A stretch of 64,000 bases of DNA, taken from contig CAVYHX010000016.1 in NCBI GenBank assembly GCA_963768415.1, forward strand, positions 19,528 through 83,527, written 5' to 3'. A program made the position numbers and the translations under genes. Each line of letters starts with the position of its first letter. Position 1 is the stretch's first letter. This document shows, one piece after another, positions 18,759 to 27,345 of this stretch. The DNA comes from an uncultured Gammaproteobacteria bacterium (GTDB lineage: Bacteria; Pseudomonadota; Gammaproteobacteria; UBA9214). Below the pieces are notes generated by a model. That model did no database searches. It had not been told where the DNA came from and was given only the letters and a program-made list of their open reading frames with translations.

Positions 18759-19612
18759 ACCGGGTAGCCGCTCGTATCCATGGCGCACGCTGTCGCCACG
18801 CGGGGCGATAATTTCTCACGGCATGTTTCCAGGAGTTCCCGGTTGTTATGCTTTTCAGCGCCCTGGATAAGGATAGTGAGTTTTTTTCTCAACATGGCCT
18901 GTGCTGCGCAGCGGTCTTCGGTTGACAGCGTACCGGAGCGGATTATTTTCTCGAGGGCATGAATGCGAAACCGGTCCATACCCCAGTGGCGCCGCGACAA
19001 CTGGTCATCATGTCCCCCGTATTTGATCACCAGTGGCGTGTCCAGGTACAGCACCGGATAGATGGCGCAGATGCGCAGCCACAGGTCGTAATCCTCGCAG
19101 GCGGGTAATGCTTCATCGAAATCCCCGATGCGGAAGAATATCTCCCGATGCAGGAGGACCGAGGAAGGTGAGATGACGCAGCGCGGCAGACAGTGCCGGA
19201 AAATCATACCACCGTGCTTGGTATGTTTTTTCATCTGGTTGACGCGCCGCCCATGGCGTATCCAGATCTCTTCGGTATGGCAGATCCGGCAGTCCGGCCG
19301 GGTTTTGAGTGCCGCCAGCTGCCGTTCCAGCTTGGACGGTTGCCAGCGGTCATCGGAATCAAGGAAGGCTATCCACTGGCCGGTTGCGGCCCTGAGACCG
19401 GCATTGCGTGCGCTGCTGACCCCCTTGTTTGCCTGATAAATATACCGGACATCCGCAAACCGCTTGCAGATCTGACGGCGGGTGTCATCGGTCGAGCCAT
19501 CATCGACAACAATGACTTCATGCGGGGCGACAGTCTGGGCATACACGGATGCCAGGGCGTGCCCGAGCGGCAAAGCCCGGTTCCAGGTGGGGATAATGAC
19601 GGTGACGTTCAC
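18755..19612 (-). CDS. family 2 glycosyltransferase
   Basis: VIIPTWNR, VIVVDDGSTDDT and FLDSDD motifs. Confidence 0.85.
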   Translation of the reverse strand: MNVTVIIPTWNRALPLGHALASVYAQTVAPHEVIVVDDGSTDDTRRQICKRFADVRYIYQANKGVSSARNAGLRAATGQWIAFLDSDDRWQPSKLERQLAALKTRPDCRICHTEEIWIRHGRRVNQMKKHTKHGGMIFRHCLPRCVISPSSVLLHREIFFRIGDFDEALPACEDYDLWLRICAIYPVLYLDTPLVIKYGGHDDQLSRRHWGMDRFRIHALEKIIRSGTLSTEDRCAAQAMLRKKLTILIQGAEKHNNRELLETCREKLSPRVATACAMDTSGYPV

Positions 19613-19822
19613 GTCTGAATCAGATTGGCATACGGGGGCAATCAGACTGGCAGAATGCGTTAATTAAAATGGGTGTGCACCCGCGTATTTAACCACAGCA
19701 CCGGAATGGCCGGAATGGCCCGGACCGGAAGTTGTTCATGTCGTCACAGGCGCAGGAGGCTCCTGTGTGCAGATGGTGACGGCTGATCGACTCCGATTCG
19801 CCGAAAAAATGACGAAATCAGC

Positions 19823-20047
19823 TTATTGAATGGTTGCCACGCAGTTGTTCATCTGGCCGTTGACCAGTTCCATGAGTTGCTCCAGGGTCAGGCTCTCCGG
19901 AACTTCCTGGGTGTTTGAAAACCATATGTTTTTTACCACGCCACTGTCTTCGGGGGCGCTTTCGGAGACCAGCGGGACGCCGACAAAGACACCCTGCTCT
20001 CCATCTTCCAGGCCAACCATAACTAATTGTAATTCAATGGTTTTCAT
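19823..20047 (-). CDS. hypothetical small acidic protein (74 aa)
   Basis: The internal ATG at 20047 is preceded by GGAG. MKTIELQLVMVGLEDGEQG... Confidence 0.45.
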   Translation of the reverse strand: MKTIELQLVMVGLEDGEQGVFVGVPLVSESAPEDSGVVKNIWFSNTQEVPESLTLEQLMELVNGQMNNCVATIQ

Positions 20048-20155
20048 GTCGAAATCTCCATTTCCCGCAGACCTTCCGGTGTGCCGGTGTTGGTGTGGGT
20101 TCGACATTTACTATGCATTTCACATGCCATTGAGGGTGGAGCGGGGGCGTGGCAT

Positions 20156-21853
20156 TCAGTGTGGCCGTGCCGACAACCAGCGCCAGAGTATGCCGCCCGG
20201 CAGATCGCGGCCGGTGCAGAGATAGTTGAGGGTATTGAAGTCGCGGGCAGTCCAGCGCATCTGGGTCTCGGCCTGTGCCTGCCCGCAGAACAGCAGCTGA
20301 TCGCCGACCTGCAGCAGGGTGTCATCCGCAGGCAGCAGGATTTCCTCATTGTTTGCCCGTTGCAGGTACAGGGGTACACAGGGCAGGCGCGCCGTGGTGT
20401 TGCGGGGATCGATGATGAGTTGCCCCACCGAGAAACATCCGCCCTTGTGCAATTGTTCCACAATTGCCGGAGTGCGTACCCGTGAGATCTTCAGAGACCA
20501 GGTTTCCGGGGTGCGTTCTGCGAGCACACCAACGACCCGGCTGACCAGTATATTGGCCCAGTCTTCATTCTGCTGGCGGGCCAGCCGCAGGAAATTCGAG
20601 AGCAGGGGGCGCATCAGCAGGTCAACCACCCGCTGGCCGATGAGCGTGTCGGGCTGCATGGTGATATCCGTGTCTGCCGCCGTGAAAATCGCATCATTGG
20701 TGCGCAGATTCTGGCGTGCGACCGTGTACAGGTTCTCGTTCATATCCAGCGCTGTCATGATGATCGACAGGTTGTTGGCATCATTATCGGTACCGGCGAG
20801 GACGCCCACGGCCTGTTGAATGCCGGCCTCATGCAAGGTGATCGCTTCCGTACCGCGGCCCTTGATCACGGTATCGGGTGAATCCGTGCCTTCGATATCC
20901 GACTCGACTATCACCGTGCGTATGCCGGCAAAGGACAGGCTCTTCTGCACGGCCTTGCCAAAGCGGCCGTAGCCGCACAGTACCCAGGTACCCCTCGGGG
21001 GGGCATTGAATTCGCTCAGTGACACCTGGCCAAGCGCGGTCATCCATTCGTATACCAGGTGCATGCTGGGCGCGAGGAACATCATGGCGAAACGCTCGGC
21101 AAAAATGTCATAGGGGTTGACGATATGATCAGTGCCGAACGAAGCCATATTGGCTGCCGAATCATGGGACTCGGCGCGGCAGATGACCATCAGTTCGGGT
21201 GCCAGCAGCTTGCAGGAGATGGCAATGGTGAGATTGACATGGTCATTACTGGTCAGCGCCGTGACCCCGGCGCAGTAGCGGTTTTTCAAACCAGCTGCCA
21301 GCAGGGTGGCCGAGTCGGAGCTGCTGGCACACAGGCCGGGTACATGGACCGGCAGGTCCTCGAGTCGCAGCGCGTTGATCTTGCGTTCATCCTGATCGAT
21401 GACCACACAGCGAATGCCGTGTTCCGACAGCTCCCGCACGATCAGATGGCCCGCGTCACCCAGGCCGCATACCAGATAGAAGGGTTCCCTGATCCGTCTG
21501 ACCGCACGGGTGAAGGTTGTGTAGTCCACGATGCGCCGGAAGGTCGGGTCGCCGAACAGCGAAAACAGTGCGCCGATCGCATACAGCCAGGAAATTACCG
21601 TCAGGTACATGGCCAGTGTGGTCCATAGCCGTTGTGCATCGGTGAACGCGTACGGTATTTCACCGAAGCCGATCGTCGAGCCCATGAAACTGACAAAATA
21701 AAATGCATGAAAAAACGACATGCGCCACGGATTGCCCTGGTCGTCGACGCCCGGTATCAGGACCAGGCCGAGGATCGTCACCGCGTAGGCGAGGATGACC
21801 ACGATGAGCGGCGCGCGCATGCGCCGCAGCAGCAGGTAGACCAGATTCTGCAT
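20156..21853 (-). CDS. potassium channel with two RCK/TrkA-N domains
   Basis: Pore helix and selectivity filter FMGSTIGFGE. Two Rossmann-like GxGxxG segments (VCGLGDAGHLI, LCGYGRFGKAV). Confidence 0.85.
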   Translation of the reverse strand: MQNLVYLLLRRMRAPLIVVILAYAVTILGLVLIPGVDDQGNPWRMSFFHAFYFVSFMGSTIGFGEIPYAFTDAQRLWTTLAMYLTVISWLYAIGALFSLFGDPTFRRIVDYTTFTRAVRRIREPFYLVCGLGDAGHLIVRELSEHGIRCVVIDQDERKINALRLEDLPVHVPGLCASSSDSATLLAAGLKNRYCAGVTALTSNDHVNLTIAISCKLLAPELMVICRAESHDSAANMASFGTDHIVNPYDIFAERFAMMFLAPSMHLVYEWMTALGQVSLSEFNAPPRGTWVLCGYGRFGKAVQKSLSFAGIRTVIVESDIEGTDSPDTVIKGRGTEAITLHEAGIQQAVGVLAGTDNDANNLSIIMTALDMNENLYTVARQNLRTNDAIFTAADTDITMQPDTLIGQRVVDLLMRPLLSNFLRLARQQNEDWANILVSRVVGVLAERTPETWSLKISRVRTPAIVEQLHKGGCFSVGQLIIDPRNTTARLPCVPLYLQRANNEEILLPADDTLLQVGDQLLFCGQAQAETQMRWTARDFNTLNYLCTGRDLPGGILWRWLSARPH

Positions 21854-21874
21854 GACCGCGTACCCGGGGCCCGC

Positions 21875-22258
21875 CTAGCGCCGCAGTATGACCGTCTCGG
21901 TGACCAGGAGTATTACCGAGGTGACATTTGCCAGCAGGGCGCCCCCGGATAATGAGACAATACTGGCCAGGACCATGGGTGTCAGGCCGGTGTCGGTGGC
22001 GTGTTCGAAGATCGCCCAGATAATCACGGCGGCAATCAGTTGCAGGTCTGCCACCAGGCTGGTGGCCAGCAGCACCGCCCCGATATGCGCACGATCACCG
22101 AATTTCAGCACGGTTGCTATCAGGCTGACGACCAGTGCGGCATACAACTCATAGACGTTGTGGTGATCCGGATTATCCAGATCGCCGACAAAGAAACCGA
22201 AATTCAGCGTTAATGCCAGGACGATGAAGAATGCGAAATATACTTTCTCCAGGTTCAT
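21875..22258 (-). CDS. small integral membrane protein
   Basis: 127 aa with about four hydrophobic helices. It ends 21 nt upstream of the K+ channel gene on the same strand. Confidence 0.6.
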   Translation of the reverse strand: MNLEKVYFAFFIVLALTLNFGFFVGDLDNPDHHNVYELYAALVVSLIATVLKFGDRAHIGAVLLATSLVADLQLIAAVIIWAIFEHATDTGLTPMVLASIVSLSGGALLANVTSVILLVTETVILRR

Positions 22259-22438
22259 GCTTGGTCCCCTCCCGGTTTGCGACCCGTTGATCGGGTTGTT
22301 ATTACTTCATTGCCGGCTACCGTAGCAAAGGGTCAGATCGATCACAAACAATAATTGCCCGGTCGCCGCAAGCCGGCACCTGCCGGGCGTAGCCGGATTA
22401 CACATTGAAAAATGCGGAAGGGCGTCCGACAATGAGTT

Positions 22439-23455
22439 ATGACACCGAACTCAACCAGTGAAGCCATATTGGCACTTTTGCGGCAGCGCGTCGGCAAGAT
22501 ACATCTCCAGCAGCGCCTCGGTATTGAACATGACTACGAGGCCAGGATATTTGGCCAGGGGCGGAACCTGTTCCATATCGAGAACTGGTATTCCATCCAT
22601 TCAGTCATTCGCAACAGCCTGCGGTTGATGTTGCTGCACGGGCGCGGGCGTCGCAATGCGCGCCGGCTGGCTGTGCGCCACAACCACATAAAGGTCAACG
22701 GCCTGCCTTCCGCGTTTAACGGCTATACGATATTGCATATTTCCGACCTGCACATCGACATGGCCCCCGATTTCCCCCACGTCCTGATCGAGGTCTTGCG
22801 CGAGGTGGAATATGACCTGTGTGTCCTGACCGGTGACTTCAGGGCGCAAACACACGGACCCTATGACGCAACGCTGGCGGCGATGCAGCAGGTACGAACA
22901 CACCTCATGGGCGATGTTTACGGGGTCCTGGGTAATCACGACAGCATCTGCATGGTGCCGGGGCTGGAGGCCATGGGCGTACGCATGTTGCTCAACGAGC
23001 AGGTAGCCCTGCAGCGTGGTGGCGATACGATTTACCTTGCGGGAATCGATGATCCACACTATTACCGCGCCGATAATCTGGAGAAGGCCGCCGATCCCAT
23101 CCCCGACGGTGCGGTCTCGATCCTGCTGGCGCACTCACCCGAGATTTACCGGCATGCCGCGCATGCCGATTTCAATGTCATGCTTTGTGGACATACGCAC
23201 GCGGGTCAGATTTGTTTGCCGGGTGGAATTCCCCTGATGTGTAATGCGCGTTGTCCGCGGGCATATTGCCGCGGTGCATGGACCTATCAGGGGATGGCGG
23301 GTTATACCTCGGCTGGCTCGGGTGCATGCGTGGTGGATGTCAGGATCAACTGTCCGCCCGAGATAACCCTGCATCATCTTCAATGCTGCCTGACGGGGTT
23401 TGTACAGCGCGGACAAGATCAGGTCGACAAGGGTAAAGAGTGCTGCCGCGGTTAA
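22439..23455 (+). CDS. metallophosphoesterase
   Basis: ILHISDLHID, TGDF, GNHD and GHTHAGQ motifs in canonical order. Confidence 0.85.
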   Translation: MTPNSTSEAILALLRQRVGKIHLQQRLGIEHDYEARIFGQGRNLFHIENWYSIHSVIRNSLRLMLLHGRGRRNARRLAVRHNHIKVNGLPSAFNGYTILHISDLHIDMAPDFPHVLIEVLREVEYDLCVLTGDFRAQTHGPYDATLAAMQQVRTHLMGDVYGVLGNHDSICMVPGLEAMGVRMLLNEQVALQRGGDTIYLAGIDDPHYYRADNLEKAADPIPDGAVSILLAHSPEIYRHAAHADFNVMLCGHTHAGQICLPGGIPLMCNARCPRAYCRGAWTYQGMAGYTSAGSGACVVDVRINCPPEITLHHLQCCLTGFVQRGQDQVDKGKECCRG

Positions 23456-23857
23456 TATTTCCGCTGTTGATCCACCTGTTATCGGTTGCATTATCCAGAG
23501 CGGCAGCAGTGATTCCGGTAACTGATCGAGCAGCGGTACCTCGCGGCTCGGGGCGATTCCCATCCGCCGCTTTACAAAACTGGAGCAGGCGTCACCCAGC
23601 ATGGCCAGGCAGGCGAAACCGGCCCCCGCAGCAACCGCTAACCCGAGCAGGGGAGCAAGCAGCGTGGTTGCCAGTACTGAGGCAAGCACGCCGCGGATCG
23701 TTTTCGATGGACCCAGCAGCGGGCGCTGATCGAGTAATGTGAGACCGCCATCGAGCGGACGGTTCCAGCGCCGTCCCAGCAGCAGGCTGGTGATCACGGG
23801 TGCCGCATTGGCGATGACGAGCAGACATACCAGAGTGGCAATCTGTGGCGTATTCAT
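23135..23857 (-). CDS. CDP-archaeol-synthase-like (DUF46) membrane protein, with an apparently over-extended 3' end
   Basis: PLDGG...GPSKTIRG...GDACSSFVKRRMG sits in a multi-TM protein. The last ~75 codons lie antisense to the phosphoesterase gene and look non-coding (see finding). Confidence 0.6.
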   Translation of the reverse strand: MNTPQIATLVCLLVIANAAPVITSLLLGRRWNRPLDGGLTLLDQRPLLGPSKTIRGVLASVLATTLLAPLLGLAVAAGAGFACLAMLGDACSSFVKRRMGIAPSREVPLLDQLPESLLPLWIMQPITGGSTAEILTAAALFTLVDLILSALYKPRQAALKMMQGYLGRTVDPDIHHACTRASRGITRHPLIGPCTAAICPRTTRITHQGNSTRQTNLTRVRMSTKHDIEIGMRGMPVNLG

Positions 23858-23950
23858 GATGTCCTGACTTGGTGAGCGGGCTAGCGCAATACAGATTAGC
23901 CGCTTGCCAGAATGGATGCGAGAATGGCGCTAGCTCATCCCTGCAGTCGT

Positions 23951-24200
23951 GCGCTCCGCGACGAAGGACAGGATGTCCGAGAGCGGCGGTACCTCCGTCC
24001 CTTCCGGCGCATCGCTCACGCGCATGGCCCAGGCCAGCCTCTCGACCGGTTCCCGGTCTCACCTTCTCCCTGCGCTCCGCGATGTACCTCCGTCCCTTCC
24101 GGCGCATCGCTCACGCGCATGGCCCAGGCCAGCCTCTCGACCGGTTCCCGGTCTCATCGCTTGCTCCCTGCGCTCCGCGATGTACCTCCGTCCCTGGAGG
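23951..24200. repeat. tandem direct repeat, 2.6 units of 95-98 bp
   Basis: The 72-nt block at 23990-24061 is identical to 24085-24156. The unit head GCGCTCCGCGA occurs at 23951, 24072 and 24170. Confidence 0.9.
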
Positions 24201-24228
24201 CAAAAAAAACCCGCTATGGAAGCGGGTT
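24201..24228 (-). terminator. rho-independent terminator-like hairpin (minus-strand orientation)
   Basis: On the minus strand AACCCGCT-TCCAT-AGCGGGTT is followed by a run of 6-8 T. No obvious minus-strand gene lies upstream. Confidence 0.45.
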
Positions 24229-24957
24229 AATAAGGAGGTTGGTATTGGGCAAATACTCAAATGCTGCTAAACCTTTATATATATTCACACTTTTCACCGG
24301 TATCCAGAAGGCTGGCAGGCCGGCTGCAGCAGGTTGGACTTCATCGATCCTGCGTTGTGCTTCATGAAATAAAGCGTGGCGCTGCTAGATCCCGTCCGGT
24401 TTAGGTGGCCCTTTCAAAATCGAAGGCGGCGATTTTTCCGGGTCGCCGTGGCACCTGACGCGATCTGACCAATGACACTATTGATTACGCCCGCATGCAC
24501 CGAACCTGTCAAGAACAATTGATTGACGCTGTTTTTAGCGTCTTCGCGACGGTGATTGTAGGGTTCTGATATTGCTGATATATCGGAATCGAGTAATTTT
24601 AGAATATGTAAATGTCCAAAATATTTTTTTCTATGGCAGGTCTCAGGGTGTCCACCGGGAGCCGCCAGGCGCGTCTGGAATCACCAAATAATTTATATAA
24701 TTATTTGTTTTTTATGGAGTAAATTATGAATATTACAATATTCAGCAGTGGTGCCGGTGTGCCAGACAGCCCCGTTGTCGGCGTAAATGTCGTTAACAAT
24801 ATGAATTCATTGAATAACTCAGAATCAGGCAGAAAAGGGTGAAAATATTATTAAATAAACGATTGCTAAAATAAGCGATTACTTATATGCTAATCGGCGT
24901 GTTCTAAACACACCAATATTTTTTAGCAGTTATTACTAACAATGAGAGGTAAACACA

Positions 24958-25311
24958 ATGAGTATATTAAAGAAAACATTATGTGCCGCGGCTGTTGCCG
25001 GCGCTATGGCAATCCCGTTCACCGCGGCTCATGCCTGGGGTGGTAATGACTGGGGTTCCGACTGGGGTCCCTTCGACGGTGACGGCTGGGGTGACATGGA
25101 CTTCAACATGAGCGGTGGTGGTCGTGGCAGCGGTCGTGGTCGCGGCTATGGCCGTGGTTATGGCTATGGCGGTTACGGCCCTTACGGCTACGGTGGTTAT
25201 CCGGGCTATGGCGGCTACGGTGGCCCGGGCTATGGCGGCTACGGTGGTGTATCCGGATGGCTATGGTGGTGGCTATCCGGGGTTATGGTGCCCCTTACGG
25301 CGCCCCGGTAG
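24958..25311 (+). CDS. secreted Gly/Tyr-rich repetitive protein, sulfur-globule-protein (Sgp)-like, with frame-broken 3' end
   Basis: GAGAGG SD. Signal peptide MSILKKTLCAAAVAGAMAIPFTAAHA, then WGGNDWGSDWGPFDGDGWGDMDFNMSGGGRGSGRGRGYGRGYGYGGYGPYGYGG... The repeat continues in the other two frames to TAG at 25335-25337. Confidence 0.65.
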   Translation: MSILKKTLCAAAVAGAMAIPFTAAHAWGGNDWGSDWGPFDGDGWGDMDFNMSGGGRGSGRGRGYGRGYGYGGYGPYGYGGYPGYGGYGGPGYGGYGGVSGWLWWWLSGVMVPLTAPR

Positions 25312-25575
25312 CTCCTGCAGCCCCGGCTACCCAGTAGTAGTTACCAAGCTGAAACTTCAAGCGGGCCGGCACACGGATGTGTCCTGGCCTGCCTTGATTA
25401 AGCGTCCTTGCTACGCTTGGCACCACCCGCCCGGGATTGCCCCGCTGGCTGCGCTGTATGGACACAAGTTGCTCCTTTATTAAAGAAACAATCCTGATGA
25501 GGGTGACGCGCCCGAGCCATCCCATTCCCCTGTTCAATGTAATAAACTATCTCCTGACATAGCAGAGGTGCGCCA

Positions 25576-26400
25576 ATGAAACCGGTTTTGTATACGTGGA
25601 TACTGATTCTGGGGTGTTTGCTTGTTGCGCCTGCGCGTGCAGATGTCGTGGTGCTGGTGCATGGATATCTTAATGGCGCACGCACCTGGGACGAGAGTGG
25701 CATCACGGCGGTCATGGAGCATCACAACTGGCAGCGTGCCGGTGTTTATATTGCCGGGCCTGCAGGGGTGCAGCTGGTTCCGGCACCTGGTAACGGAGCG
25801 CAGCGGAAGTACTACACGGTCGATTTACCGTCAGAAGCTCCGATACTGGTGCAGGCTTTCCAGCTGCGCCAAATACTGGACGCTATCAGTCTGACCCATC
25901 AAGGTGAACCGATCACACTCGTGGGTCATTCCGCCGGGGGCGTGATAGCGCGCGCCGCGCTGGTGCGTCATAACAGCGACAATATCAGGGCGCTGATTAC
26001 CATTGCGAGCCCGCACCTCGGTACCGAGCGTGCCGAGCAGGCGCTGGATGCGACTGATATCCCCTTTCCCCTGTCTGTCATCACTGATTTCTTCGGTGGC
26101 GCGACCTACCATACGGCGATGCGCTCCCGCAGCCTGTTTGTCGATCTGGTCCGGCCGCGTCCGGGAAACCTGCTGTTCTGGTTGAACAGCATGCCGCATC
26201 CGGATATTGAATATTTTTCGATCATCCGGGGGCAGGCGGCCACGCTGAGTGGCGATTACATTGTTCCGGGCCACAGTCAGGATATGAATAATGTTCCGGC
26301 ATTGCGCGGCAAGTCGTCAGCAGTGCCGGTGAATACCGATCACAGTCTGCATGCGCTTGATGGCAGCGTTATCGTCGGCTTGCTGGCAGATCTCGACTGA
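25576..26400 (+). CDS. exported alpha/beta hydrolase (lipase/esterase-like)
   Basis: Signal peptide, VVLVHGY and the nucleophile elbow GHSAGG. Confidence 0.8.
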   Translation: MKPVLYTWILILGCLLVAPARADVVVLVHGYLNGARTWDESGITAVMEHHNWQRAGVYIAGPAGVQLVPAPGNGAQRKYYTVDLPSEAPILVQAFQLRQILDAISLTHQGEPITLVGHSAGGVIARAALVRHNSDNIRALITIASPHLGTERAEQALDATDIPFPLSVITDFFGGATYHTAMRSRSLFVDLVRPRPGNLLFWLNSMPHPDIEYFSIIRGQAATLSGDYIVPGHSQDMNNVPALRGKSSAVPVNTDHSLHALDGSVIVGLLADLD

Positions 26401-26508
26401 GCCGCCGTGCTCACTGCCGCGGCAGGCTGCCTCCTGTTGATCAGATACGCAGCTGTCACGACTGACAGCGGCGTCAATCACATGGCGACCCCGGGAAAGG
26501 TGTAGTCC

Positions 26509-27258
26509 GTGATTCAATCAATATTCCGTGTCATTTGGCGCAGCATCTGCTGGTTGGAGCTGGCGCTGTTTACCCTGCTGCTGTATCTCCTGTCGTTTTT
26601 ACCGCGTGCGCTGCTGAAGTATGGTTACTTTTCGCTGTTTCGGGCCTGGTGCCGGTCTTTTGTACGTGCGCTGGGCGTCGATCTGCGGGTTCATCAGAAA
26701 AATACCCGCGCTTTGCCGGAGCAGTATATTCTGATTGCCAATCACCCGTCTGCGTTTGAGGATATCGGTATACCCGCTGTGTTTCCGGTGCACTCGCTGG
26801 CAAAAATCGAGGTGCAGGACTGGTGGCTGGTAGGACGGATCAGTACAGCATCCGGGACTCTGTATGTGGAGCGGGAGTCACGCGAATCGAGAAGTGCAGC
26901 GGCTGAACAGATCGACGAAGAGTTGCGCAGCGGGAAAAATATTGCCCTTTACCCGGAAGGTGGATGCAAGGGACGGCGTATTTTCGAAACGTTCCGTTAC
27001 GGCGCATTTGATATTTCCCTGCGCACCGGGATTCCTGTTCTGCCGGTGTTTCTTCACTATGAATCCCAGGATGATTTTGAATGGCGTGCCCCCCAGACAC
27101 TGCTGGACAAGATCCGGCATATGTCGGCAACGCGGAACAATCGGGTCAATTTCTATGTCTACGATGCCCTGGATCCGGCGCAATTTGCCAACAAGGAATC
27201 CTACACAGCGTTTGTACACAGTAAATATCTGGAATGGCAGGCACGTTACCTGGATTAG
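26509..27258 (+). CDS. lysophospholipid (1-acyl-sn-glycerol-3-phosphate) acyltransferase family protein
   Basis: NHPSAFED (HX4D) and YPEGG motifs. N-terminal TM anchor. Confidence 0.85.
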   Translation: MIQSIFRVIWRSICWLELALFTLLLYLLSFLPRALLKYGYFSLFRAWCRSFVRALGVDLRVHQKNTRALPEQYILIANHPSAFEDIGIPAVFPVHSLAKIEVQDWWLVGRISTASGTLYVERESRESRSAAAEQIDEELRSGKNIALYPEGGCKGRRIFETFRYGAFDISLRTGIPVLPVFLHYESQDDFEWRAPQTLLDKIRHMSATRNNRVNFYVYDALDPAQFANKESYTAFVHSKYLEWQARYLD

Positions 27259-27345
27259 CCCAGGACCTTTGCGATTTCGCTGTATACCAGCATTCCGAAT
27301 ACCAGTACTGAAATTGTCAGGATAAAATTGGTGATGATTCCGTTT

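Noticed and set aside
19690-19730. Short tandem CCGGAATGG duplication
   Set aside because: There are only two copies in an intergenic spacer, with no further structure or recurrence.
23951-24200. Possible CRISPR array
   Set aside because: The units are 95-98 bp and directly abut with no unique spacers. Only 2.6 copies are present, and there are no cas genes in the window.
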